A DNA stretch of 64,000 nucleotides from Macrostomum lignano (Eukaryota), in the NCBI GenBank assembly GCA_002269645.1, contig NIVC01002427.1:1-64000 (forward strand). The letters run 5' to 3'. The notes under the pieces are model-generated. The model was not told where the DNA came from. It saw only the letters and a list, made by a program, of their open reading frames with translations, and did no database searches. The first letter of the stretch is position 1. Each line of letters opens with the position of its first letter. The translations under genes and the position numbers were made by a program. Below, one piece after another: positions 34,801-45,729 of this stretch.

Positions 34801-37800
34801 TTCATCATTATCACCAACCTGTTCTCCAGAATCTATAGTATCCCTATATAACTCTGCCCTAATCCCAAATCCTCAGCTGGACATGATGACGGATTCCAGC
34901 AGCCGAGTTCGGTCTGGCGCGATCCTCAGTCTCGCCAACACCGTGGGCCGAATCGATACAGTCGGCTACAAATACGTCAATCTGTTTGCCGACTACATCT
35001 TCCCCACAGTGGAGCACCTGTCTAGGGACGTCTCAGTACAGGTGCGCTCGTCGCTGGCCGAAATTCTCGGCCGTCTGGCCGATACGGCTAAGAAGTTTTT
35101 GGACAGCGTCCGCGAACAGTCGATGGCCGCTTGGCTGCCACCGATGGAGGGTCAAAATGCGACGACTACTGCGCTTAGTCAGCAGGAGGCTCAGCATCTG
35201 AGGGCCATCAATTTCGAGGCGGAATTGCAATCGTTGAGGCGGACTGTCTCTGGTTTGACTGTCACTCTGCTGCACGATTCCTGTCCCGCTGTAAAACAGG
35301 TCCGCTGGGTTTTATTAAAAACCTCTCAGTTGCTATGGTGTCAAATTAGTTGCTATGGTGTCTGATTGGTTGCTATGGTGTCTGATTGGTTGCTAGGGTG
35401 TCTGGTTGCTAGGGTGTCTGATTGGTTGCTATGGTGTCGGATTGGTTGCTATGGTGTCTGATTGGTTGCTATGGTGTCGGATTGGTTGCTATGGTGTCTG
35501 ATTGGTTGCTATGGTGTCTGATTGCTAGGGTGTCTGATTGGTTGCTAGGGTGTCTGGTTGCTAGGGTGTCTGATTGGTTGCTATGGTGTCGGATTGGTTG
35601 CTATGGTGTCTGATTGGTTGCTATGGTGTCGGATTGGTTGCTATGGTGTCTGATTGGTTGCTATGGTGTCTGATTGCTAGGTTGTCTGATTGGTTGCTAT
35701 GGTGTCTGATTGGTTGTTATGGTGTCTAATTGGTTGCTATGGTGTCTAATTGGTTGCTAGGGTGTCTGATTAGTTGCTATGGTGTCTGATTAGTTGCTAG
35801 CAGGGATCTTATATTCCCTAGATAGGCCACTTTGTACGGCGGTAATAGGGAAAGTGCAACCGCTGTTTTTCGTAACTTGTGTGAAAAAGCCGACGTGGGT
35901 TGCTTATAAATTTGAGTTCAGTAGCTTAGGACATAAACGCTATTTTTTGAGAATTTAATAAAACTTCTCATAATTTAATAAAAAGCTACTCAGTCAAACT
36001 AAAAATAATGCATGCACTGCAGAGACTACTGACGAAATTGAGTTCAGTAGTTGATTTTCGCGCTGTCGCGAGTTGCAAATTTTTTTACATTAGCTTCTAT
36101 GGCCACATAAGTGGTTGATGAGTGGCCCATCTTGTGTATATATGATCTTTGGTTGCTAGGGTGTCTGATTAGTTGCTATGGTGTCAGATTGGTTGCTAGG
36201 GTGTCTGATTAGTTGCTATGGTGTCTGATTGGTTGCTATATGGTGTCTGATTGGTTGCTATGGTGTCTGATTGGTTGCTATGGTGTCTGATTAGTTGCTA
36301 TGGTGTCTGATTGGTTGCTATATGGTGTCTGATTGGTTGCTATGGTGTCTGATTGGTTGCTATGGTGTCTGATTGGTTGCTCTGGTGTCTGATTGGTTGC
36401 TATATGGTGTCTGATTGGTTGCTATATGGTGTCTGATTGGTTGCTATGGTGTCTGATTGGTTGCTATGGGGTCTGATTGGTTGCTATGGTGTCTGATTGG
36501 TTGCTATGGTGTCTGATTGGTTGCTCTGGTGTCTGATTGGTTGCTATGGTGGCTGATTGGTTGCTATGGTGTCTGATTGGTTGCTATGGTGTCTGATTGG
36601 TTGCTATGGTGTCAAATGGGTTGCTATGAAGTCGGAATGCTGATGCATGGTGAATAATGTTCTCAAACCGCATACTTCAGTCCGTGCTCTGCTCCGACGC
36701 GCTCCGCCTATGCACGTTCTTCGGCCGGCGCGAAGCCTCCGATCACGTGATGTCGCACGCGATCACGTTTCTAAACGAGGGCCCGGACCTGAGATGGAGC
36801 TTCTACGAGCAGCTGTACTGCATGGTGGCTTTCATTGGCGATCACGGCGCCGAGATGCTGGTGCCGCTGCTTGAACAGGGGCTGGCAGACCCGGATCCCG
36901 CAGTGCTGGTGGCCGCCCTGATCTGCCTGCGCTCCCTCGTTGCCGACAGATCCAGCGACGTTGGCAGGCGATTCGGCGCGCCTCTCTGCGCCAAGTGAGT
37001 TGGTTGAGTAGCTTGTAGCGGCTAGTAATGATGATTGATATGTGGCGTTAAGCTGTTTTTATATGTAGCGATTCGCTTCTAAATTCCTTTTTGAAGACTT
37101 GCAATTTACGCCTGTAATTCCTCATTCTCAAAGAATCGCTACTATAATTGCTTTAAAGAAGCCTTAAGTTCCCTTGCCTTAAGTTTCCCCCAAAAGAATC
37201 GCCACTAAATCCCCCCTCATAGTATCGCCACTAAATTCCCCCAAAAGAATCGCCACTAAATTCCCCCAAAAGAATCGCTACTAAATTCCCCCAAAAGAAT
37301 CGCCACTAAATTCCCCCAAAAGAATCGTCACTAAATTCCCCAAAAGAATCGCTTTTAAATTCCCCCAAAAGCATAGTCACTAAATTCCCCTCAAAAAATT
37401 GCTGCTAAGACTAAATTCCCCCTGCCGCACCCCAATAGATCCCTGCCGCTGCTCAGCCATCCGGACGTATTCGTTCGGCACGCAGCCGCCGGCTTGCTGT
37501 GCGCCACCGCCGGTCGCCTCGGGCCCGCCGAATTCCACTGCCGTCTGGTGGCGCCGGACAGTCCGAACTCGCCGCGGGTGTCCGACCACCTGCCGGCCGC
37601 TGCCAAACGGCTGGCGGGAAGTCAGCGGCACCTCGCCAACGAAGTGCTGGTGCTCAGCGCCCTAGGGCCTCCCGTGCCGCCAGCCGCTTGGCGTTGCCTA
37701 GCAACCACTCCGCGTCATCTGGTTGAGCGGCTGTTCGTTGCACTGGAGGAGCGGCGACATGTTCGGCTGCGCTGTCAGACGGCTGGGGCTGGCAACATTC

Positions 37801-39276
37801 AGGACTCGGCGGGGGGCAGTGGGGACGAGTCGGGCGCTGCCGCTGACGGTGAGGACTGAGTCGCCCTCCCAGATCCTCAGTTGCTGGGCCAGCCTCCCAG
37901 ATCCTCAGTTGCTGGGCCAGCCTACCAGAGTGTCAGTTGCTGGGCCAGCCTCCCAAATCCTCAGTTGCTGGGCCAGCCCCCCAGATCCTCAGTTACTGGG
38001 CCAGCCTCCCAGATCCTCAGTTACTGGGCCAGCCTCCCAGATCCTCAGTTACTGGGCCAGCCTCCCAGATCCTCAGTTACTGGGCCAGCCTCCCAGATCC
38101 TCAGTTACTGGGCCAGCCTCCCAGATCCTCAGTTACTGGGCCAGCCTCCCAGATCCTCAGTTACTGGGCCAGCCTCCCAGATCCTCAGTTACTGGGCCAG
38201 CCTCCCATATCCTCAGTTGCTGGGCCAGCCTCCCAGATCCTCAGTTGCTGGGCCAGCCTCCCAGATCCTCAGTTGCTGCTCTCCCTAAGCCCGCAACCAC
38301 TCAGCAACCCCTGCAAGACCTCCCCCGCCCCGCCCCGCAGGCCCTCAGCAGCCGTGCTACGCCAGGCTAGAGGAGGACGCGGCCGCCCTCCTAGCCAAAC
38401 TCGGCCACCTCGGCCTGGAAGAATCCATGGAGGATCGCCTGTTGGCGCTGCGCGACCTGGCGCTGAAGCAGACGACCGCCAGCTCCGCAGCCGCATTGTC
38501 AACGCCGTCAGTGTCGTCCGCCGCGGTTGATTACATCGGCGTCGAACGCTTGAAGCTGTCGGATTTGGCAACTGTGACCGAGCAGCAGTCGGTGCTGCCC
38601 AGGCATCTGTCTCTGTCAGCCACTGGCGTGACGGTCTCGGCGTCGAATGTCGTCGCTGCGTCGGTCTTGGCTGGCCAGCCTGCGGCATCATCGCTGGCCT
38701 CGATGGGTGCAGCGGCGCCGGCGGCGTCTCTTGGGGCGACTGCCGCTAGCGACTTCGCTTCCGGGTCTTCGGTTGCAGTTGCCGGATCGTCGCCGTCTGC
38801 AGGTGGCGGAGCTCCGGCGGGTTCCGTTTCCATAGCAACCACTGCCGCCGCTGGTGTTGTCCTGCCGCCAGCCTCCGGCCGGTGCGCAACCTGCCGCACC
38901 GACCTGGACAACCTGCTGGCCAGACGGCGGGCCGAGTACGGCCTGTTGAATTCGATTGCCTCGTCTGTCAGCTATTCGAACTCGTCTGCGGGCGGATCGC
39001 TGGCCAGTGCCGCTTTCCCCGGCTGCGACACCTGGACACCGAAGGGCGTGCTGGTGAATCACATATCCGAGCACCGAGGCCGGATTAACAGCTTGTCAGT
39101 GTCCGCTGATCACCGGGCCTTCGCTACGGCATCCGACGATGCCACGGTTCGATTGTGGGATCTGTCAGATTGTCACAAGAATCCCGACCAGTGCGTGAGC
39201 GGCAAGTCTAAGCTGACCTATGCTGACTTCCCGTCCCGTGTGCTGGGCGCTTACTGGCAGGTGAGGCTGTGTGTGC

Positions 39277-39312
<36 letters not shown>

Positions 39313-41739
39313 GTGTGTGTGTGTGTGTGTGCGTCTGTCTTTCTGTCTGTGTCTCCCTGCGTGTCTGCCTGCGTGTCTGTGTGTCTGCCTGTGTGTCTGC
39401 CTGCGTGTCTGTCTGTCTGCCTGTGTGTCTGCCTGTGTGTCTGTGTCTGCCTGTTTGTCTGCCTGTGTGTCTGTCTTTCTGTCTTTCTGTCTGTGTGTCT
39501 GTGTGTCTGCCTGTGTATCTGTGTGTCTGCCTGTGTGTCTGCCTGTGTGTCTGTGTGTCTGCCTGTGTGTCTGCCTGTGTGTCTGTGTGTCTGTCTTTCT
39601 GTCTGTGTGTCTGTGTGTCTGCCTGTGTGTCTGTGTGTCTGCCTGTTTGTCTGCCTGTGTGTCTGCCTGTGTCTTAGTCTGTCTGTCCGTCTGTCTGACA
39701 GCTGACTGACAGGCCAATGTCAGGAGCCAATCGCCCCCACCCGCAGGCCGGGCCAGACTACAGCGTGGTGGCCTGCACAGAGGCGGGCGCCTACCAGCTG
39801 TGCGCCTCCACCGGGCAGCTGCGTTGGCGCTGGTCGGCCGCCCGCCCCACCCGCTACGATGCCGAGCAGCTGGGCGCCATCACCTGCTTGAGTCCGGTGC
39901 CCGACTCAGCCAACTGTTTCCTGGTGGCCACTGCACGTGGCGCCCTGCTCACTTGGGATGTTCGAACTCAGGACTTTGTGGCCAGATACGATGTTGACCC
40001 GAGTGTGGGCCTGATTACAGCTGTAGAGGTTTGTAGCGGCTTTAAAATTCATTTATTCTTGGATCCCCAAAATCCCAATTCGAAATCCCTAAATCGAGTT
40101 CAGATCCCAAAATCCCATTTCGAAATCCCTAAATCGAGTTTCGATCCCAAAATCCGATTTTGAAATCCCGAAATCGAGTTCAGGTCCCCAAAATCCGATT
40201 TCAAAATCCCGAAATCGAGTTCAGGTCCCCAAAATCCGATTTCAAAATCCCGAAATCGAGTTCAGGTCCCCAAAATCCGATTTCAAAATCCCGAAATCGA
40301 GTTCAGATCCCCAAAATCCGATTTCAAAATCCCGAAATGGAGTTCAGATCCCCAAAATCCGATTTCAAAATCCCGAAATCGAGTTTAGGTCCCCAAAATC
40401 CTATTTCAAAATCCCGAAATCGAGTTCAGATCCCTAAAATCCGATTTCAAAATCCCGAAATCGAGTTCAGATCCCCAAAATCCGATTTCAAAATCCCGAA
40501 ATCAAGTTTAGATATCTAAATGCCATGTGGCGATTAGCAAAGTAAAATTCTAAAGCATAATTTAAAATTTTAAATCCCATATCTGCATTAATTCCAGGCG
40601 CACTCGCTGACCTCCTGGCTAGCCGCCGGTACATCGCGCGGCATTGTGGACGTCTGGGACTGCCGATTCCAGCTGCCGCTGGTGCAGCTGCGGCACCCCA
40701 CCAGCATGCGGGTGCTGCGCCTTCGAGTCCTGCCCTGGTCAGCTGGCGGCCCGGCCTCCCAGCTGCTGCTGCACCCGCACCGGCTGCTGGTGAGCGTGCA
40801 GAGCAACAATGAGGTTGGCGACTGGGATCTGCGCTCCTGCGAACGGGTCCGCTGCGTCTGGGCCTCTGTGGCTCCCGTGCTCAGCGTCACCCAGTCAACT
40901 CCGCGCGGCTGCCACGCGGTGCTGCCGGTGCGTGCACGAAATTATCTTCTTGAAAACCTTTGTAGCATCATACTAAGTAACTAAGGGATTAAATCTACAA
41001 AAATCCCATTTTGGGATAAAACCTACAAAATCACATTTTGAGATGAAATCTACAAAAATCCCATTTTGGGATAAAACCTACAAAATCCGTTTTAGGGACA
41101 AAACCTACAAAATCCCATTTTGGGATAAAACCTACAAAATCCCCTTTTGAGAAAAATCTACAAAAATCCCATTTAGCGTTAAAACCTACAATGTCCCTTG
41201 TAGGGATAAAATCTACAAAATCCCATTTCAGGATAGCAACTACAAAATCCCATTTAGGATTTAAAGCCCTTACACCAAACAATTCTGAATGCCCCGCCCA
41301 GGTCGGGCCGGACCGTTGGTACGCCGGTAGCGACGACTGCCGCCTCCGCCTGTGGGACTGGGCCCGACCAGCCGACAGTCGCATCGTAGCCGGCAAATTC
41401 TCCGACTCTGTCAATCGTCGAGTAGCCTATCGTCGGGAGGCGCGCGAAGCTCTGACGGCCAATTCGAACACGGATGTCCTGTTTGAGGCCTATCTGTCCG
41501 CCAATGCCGGCGCTGCTTCCGGCGGCACTTCGTCCTCGGCTGCCGCTAATGTTGCCGCTACTAGCGGCGCTTCAGTAGTCGCTTCTTTGGCGCCGCCAGC
41601 CGGCTCGCTGTTGAGCGCCCAACAGCGCGCCAGCACAATGGGCTTCCGCGACGCTGTCACCGACATCGCGCTGATGCACGCTGGACAGCCCTATTTGCTG
41701 ACGGCCACCCGAGACGGCGTTATTAAATATTGGAAATAA
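28868..41739 (+). CDS. PIK3R4: PI3K regulatory subunit 4 / Vps15 (pseudokinase, HEAT, WD40), 13 exons
   Basis: Exons 28868-29001, 29095-29235, 29722-30178, 30550-30726, 32582-32760, 33868-34087, 34877-35299, 36681-36994, 37439-37848, 38341-39260, 39747-40028, 40598-40927 and 41302-41739, phases checked. Has the MGNQ myristoylation start, [67 protein letters not shown] and [10 protein letters not shown]. Confidence 0.95.
29330..29700. repeat. 32-bp minisatellite (CACTGAAGTACAATAAGTACTCTGAGACACCA), VPS15 intron 2
   Basis: Tandem units. Confidence 0.9.
30800..32525. repeat. Compound 23-bp minisatellite, VPS15 intron 4 (CCCCAATGACACCCTTTATGATG then CCACCATGACACCCATCACAGTG)
   Basis: The unit switches at about 31340. 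Confidence 0.95.
32830..33720. repeat. 16-bp / 32-bp higher-order minisatellite (CTTCGAGCTTGTGAAG-CTTCAAGGTTGTGAAT), VPS15 intron 5
   Basis: Alternating 16-mers, then degenerate monomers. Confidence 0.9.
34150..34830. repeat. 45-bp minisatellite, VPS15 intron 6
   Basis: CCAGAATCCCTCTATTATCCTTCATCATCATCACCAGCATGTTCC units; produces the artefactual [16 protein letters not shown]. Confidence 0.95.
35325..36630. repeat. 20-bp minisatellite (TTGGTTGCTATGGTGTCTGA), VPS15 intron 7, split by a MITE
   Basis: Tandem units on both sides of 35801-36151. Confidence 0.95.
35801..36151. mobile_element. 351-bp hAT-type MITE inserted in the minisatellite
   Basis: 8-bp TSD GTTGCTAG (35793-35800 and 36152-36159). 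Imperfect TIRs: CAGGGATCTTATATTCCCTAGATAGGCCAC versus the reverse complement of the right end, CAAAGATCATATATACACAAGATGGGCCAC. Confidence 0.8.
37180..37400. repeat. About 25-bp minisatellite (AAAGAATCGCCACTAAATTCCCCCA), VPS15 intron 8
   Basis: Tandem units. Confidence 0.85.
37862..38280 (+). repeat. 28-bp minisatellite family A, VPS15 intron 9
   Basis: Same unit as BRF1 intron 4, with a TTACTGGG variant block. Confidence 0.95.
39268..39705. repeat. (GT)n / (GTCT, GCCT) compound microsatellite, VPS15 intron 10
   Basis: Direct reading. Confidence 0.95.
40060..40510. repeat. About 41-bp minisatellite (AAAATCCCGAAATCGAGTTCAGGTCCCCAAAATCCGATTTC), VPS15 intron 11
   Basis: Tandem units. Confidence 0.9.
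40985..41265. repeat. About 27-bp degenerate minisatellite (AAAATCCCATTTTGGGATAAAACCTAC), VPS15 intron 12
   Basis: Tandem units. Confidence 0.85.
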
Positions 41740-42790
41740 CAACATTAAACTAGTTTTTGGTTATTCAAAAACCGTGTCCTCAGCAGACTACTGATTCGTG
41801 ACGCAACAAGTAGGCGTGTTGCGAATTTTATTGTCGAAATTTTTTACGAGCGTAATTCGTCTAGAAAGTTGCAATAAAATATTTTCTTTAATTGTAATAT
41901 CATCTATTTTTCTATAATATAAGAAATCAAGAGAGTTATTTGCCAGTACTTAATTATTACTATAATTAATTTAAGATTATTATTATCCAGTTGACATTAT
42001 TCTGAATGCTATTGACTAACAGTAGTAAATGATTTATATTTAATAGTACAGTCTATTTGTTATCATCTATAGTTTTCTTATTTCAAAGTCTTTCCCTGTG
42101 CAAGCTGCCGCGGAGCTGTGTCTGTAATTCTGTCTGTAATTCTGTACAGTTGTGTAAGTAATAATCAGTTATTATCTATTGATGATCACAGCCTGAACTT
42201 TAATAGTTGTACAGCATTCCATCTAAGGACTAATGAGCTACTATTATCTTCCAGAATAATAAATGATAAAGCCAGTAGTAGGTGCTTAATTATTTAGAGT
42301 ATCGGCCCACAAGGTTTCAGAGGTACTGGTAGAGTAGATTGATTTTGATTTTCGAAATATGCACTTGCTTTCTTCATCAGTTAGTTGAGTCAGTAATATT
42401 TTATTAACTGTAAAATATTTATGCGCTTTTTTGGACAGTAAATATAAATATACTATTATTGGTCTTCAAATAATATTTAAATGCTATTTTTACTACTCAT
42501 GCTACTACTACTACTGGAATAAATGGCTAAATGGATAATTAATAAAACCCACAAGTTTTCACACATTTATGTCTGTATTGTTTGTTTTTATTTCGCTAAA
42601 AAAAGTAACCTAGTTAATATTTTAGTATTGTGAGTTTCTTTACTTTAGAAACAGAATAAAAATATATTGCGGATGAAACTGTTTAAAATCCTCATTTATA
42701 AAGCTTAAGACACTTGTATAGCGTTGAACAAAGACGGCCATTATTTGTACAGTTTTTAGTGTAAGATATACTACTAATGAAACTAAGACC

Positions 42791-43063
42791 TTAGTAGTTA
42801 ATAGTAGTACTAGTTGGCGGGGCCCTCAACGTCATCCAATTCTGCTTGTCCAGCTCGTCCAGATATTCGGCTAATTTGGTCTTGTCGTCCTTGGCCGTCT
42901 GCACATGCACAAGAGTTGCCAGAGTTGGCGGCACGGGTGTCAGGGGCGTGTAGGCCGCCACTGTTGCCAGGTCAAGTGGGGGAGGCTCAATCGGCGACTG
43001 CTCATACGGCTGCTGTGCGCTACCGTCTGAGACCTCGTATTCGTAGATTTCGGCCTGTCTCAT
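42791..43063 (-). CDS. Small protein, possibly ANAPC16-like (APC/C subunit 16)
   Basis: GC/CpG-rich 90-aa ORF within AT-rich flanks, with the acceptor TTTACAG 50 nt upstream. TLATLVH...KLAEYLDELDKQNW resembles the human ANAPC16 segment TLKQVKH...KLAGLVEELEADEW as recalled. Coding status is likely; identity is tentative. Confidence 0.45.
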   Translation of the reverse strand: MRQAEIYEYEVSDGSAQQPYEQSPIEPPPLDLATVAAYTPLTPVPPTLATLVHVQTAKDDKTKLAEYLDELDKQNWMTLRAPPTSTTINY

Positions 43064-45195
43064 CAGGACAATGTCCTCTCGCCAGGCCGGAGCTGCCGAT
43101 GCTAGGCTTGCTACTGTAAATAGTATGTGCAGTGAGTGTGCGAATGCTCGCGCTGAGCTGAGGCAAATGTGACAAATGTGAGTGCCTGCGTACTTATCTG
43201 TATGCCTGCTCCGGGGTGAAATGAGGGCCGATTAGGCCCACTGTCGCATTACCCTCTATCAACCCCTCCCCTCGGCCCCCGCAAACCCAGGCAAATTTGT
43301 GTATTATTTACAGGAGCTGTGTACTTATTAATGAATCTTACTAAATAAATTCTTACCCTGGATTAGTAGGGCCAGATAAAGCGCAACGGCAAGCATGGTT
43401 GATTGACAAAGTTTTAAATCGATCGAGTCACGTCTGCTAATTAATAAAGTCTGCGCGGTGCTTTAAGCTGAGTTCTTACAGTAATGTACCTACTACAGCT
43501 TGTGAATAGCTTTTGCAATTGATTTCGTCAAAACTACAAACCCTCTCGTCCACTAATGCTGGCTTAATGGGATAATGGAAGCTAAATTTAGATCACGCCA
43601 TAGACAGCTGCTGTTGCGCTAAAAGTTTCATCATTCTGAATTTTGAACAGCATATCGTCAAAGCCAAAAGATTCATGAACACGGAGCAACTGATAGTAGG
43701 CAAGACCCATAAAAACCATAATTTTCATCTGGAGTAGTCCAATTGATTTCCCCTTAGTATTCGAGTATACGTTTTTTACTTAAAACACATCACTTAACCA
43801 ACAATTACATGTACAGTTCCCACACAGATATATATAACTGACCTATTTTAGCAAGACATATAAGACTACTGGACGTGAATATTTATTTCAATTCAAATTC
43901 GAAATCATACACAAACCTACACCTTCTTTCTACCATTTTACAAAATGACGAAATGACTCCGTCAACATCGAAACAGTCCGTCAACAGCGACTTCATTTGA
44001 TGCGATTAGACAAATTGTGTAAACAGTGTAATTGTTGAAGTGTTATTAAAAATTGTCTTCTTTGTAGTTTAAACAATTGCCATAAACCATAGTGCAAGTT
44101 AATGTCTGATTAATCCATTGGTATTGTTATAACTTATAATCAGTCTCCGGCTCTCTCTTCAAAATCCTGCATTTGCCAGAGGCATGCTAGCTGTGCAGGT
44201 TCCTTGTCGTTGTCGTCTTGTCGATTATAGTCTATAGAGTTTAGACTTCCTGTCGAATTGCGGGAACTGACTGGGCCATCTTCACTGTTGTCTTCAGGGA
44301 AACTTCTCGCTGTGCTGCGGTAAGGGTCTAGGGACTTGAAGGTGGGAAGAATAAAAGATAGGCCTAACCACCACTCAGCTCAGCCTCCACCAGAACCAAA
44401 ACGTCTTTTAAGTTTAATTGACTGAGGCCTGAGACTGAGGAGAGAGGCTATGCCTATAGATAATTAATACCATGCATTTCAAGTGACTGGACACTGGACA
44501 GCAACATTCATATTAATTTCTGCATGTAGAATTAAGTGTTGCAACTTTGCAAGTAATCAAGTATTGAGCAGTTTTTCTATTTTGGTAGAATCTGCCAACT
44601 AATTAATAATAATCTAATGTGTAAAAGTTAATATAATATTTTTAATGCAATCATAATTGCCCATCTTTCTAATGATATATAAGATTAAATCAAAGCATAA
44701 AATTGTTGTAAAATCACACTAGTTACAAATGTAGTCTAGGCATATTAGGCCTGGTATTATAGGCCTAAGCATAAATCATATTATTTAATTACCAATTCCA
44801 AATTTTATAGCACTTTAAAGGTATTGGTGCTTTTAATAAATGGTTGGGCTAGGCCTATATTATACAAAACTTGAGCCTGAAATGATCATAGGCCTAGTTT
44901 AGACTTTAGTTAAGTTATAGGCTAACAAGACAAGGTTATCTACAAGCAACAAATACGAAATATGCCTATTTTTGCAATAAATGGTAGAGCCTAATATATT
45001 GGAAATTCATAGATTGATTTAACAAAATAATAAAAGATCAAATTAATAAAATTATATAATATATTATAGATAGGAGTCTTACTCCATTTGCAGAAGACAA
45101 TTAGGGCCTAGGCTAAGCCTAAATACAAAAAAGATAAAGTAAGTCATTGTGCCATTTTTGGTGTAAAAGAACAATACTATTCATTTTGCAGTTAT

Positions 45196-45392
45196 CAGTG
45201 GCAGATCCTGGGGGGGGGGGCCAAGGGGGCCATGGCCCCCCCTCTCAGCTGCCTCAAAAAAATTCTACTTTTGCCTTTAGCCCCCTTCTAAGTAAAGAAA
45301 GGGCTTGGGCCTTGGGGTAGGTTCCTACTCGGGGCAGTATGAAAAAAGTTGCCCCCCCTCCCCCCCTCAAGAAATTCCCCGATCCACGCCTG
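45196..45392. mobile_element. 197-bp hAT-type MITE
   Basis: 8-bp TSD GCAGTTAT (45188-45195 and 45393-45400). Degenerate TIRs CAGTGGCAGATCC and CGATCCACGCCTG, with G- and C-tract subterminals. Confidence 0.8.
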
Positions 45393-45729
45393 GCAGTTAT
45401 TGATAAATAGTGCTTAGGCTACTCAAAAATAAAGAAAAAATGATAAATTGATTATTTAAAGTTTTAATTAAAGATAATAAATAAGCCTAACATATATTTA
45501 GGCTTATATATGCTATTTTTGGGAATTTGAAATTAATAATTAGGCATGAACTACTATAGAGAGGCCTATACTTACTAAGGAATATATTTTAATAAATTGC
45601 CTTGGATATTATAATTTCATATGCAAAGAAAGAATAAACAGGCTATCTTTGGCATAGTTTTATGTGTAGATTTTTTGTTATGACATTGAATGACTCTTAG
45701 GCTTATATTGCTGTTCTTTTTGATTTCAG

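Noticed and set aside
34192-34851. Hydrophobic repeat ORF resembling a membrane protein
   Set aside because: It is the 45-bp intronic minisatellite of VPS15.
39208-39717. Cys/Val-rich and Thr/Gln/His-rich ORFs
   Set aside because: They are translations of a GT/GTCT microsatellite in VPS15 intron 10.
43070-43090. AWRED resembling APC13
   Set aside because: It is a five-residue match only, and the flanking sequence does not fit APC13.
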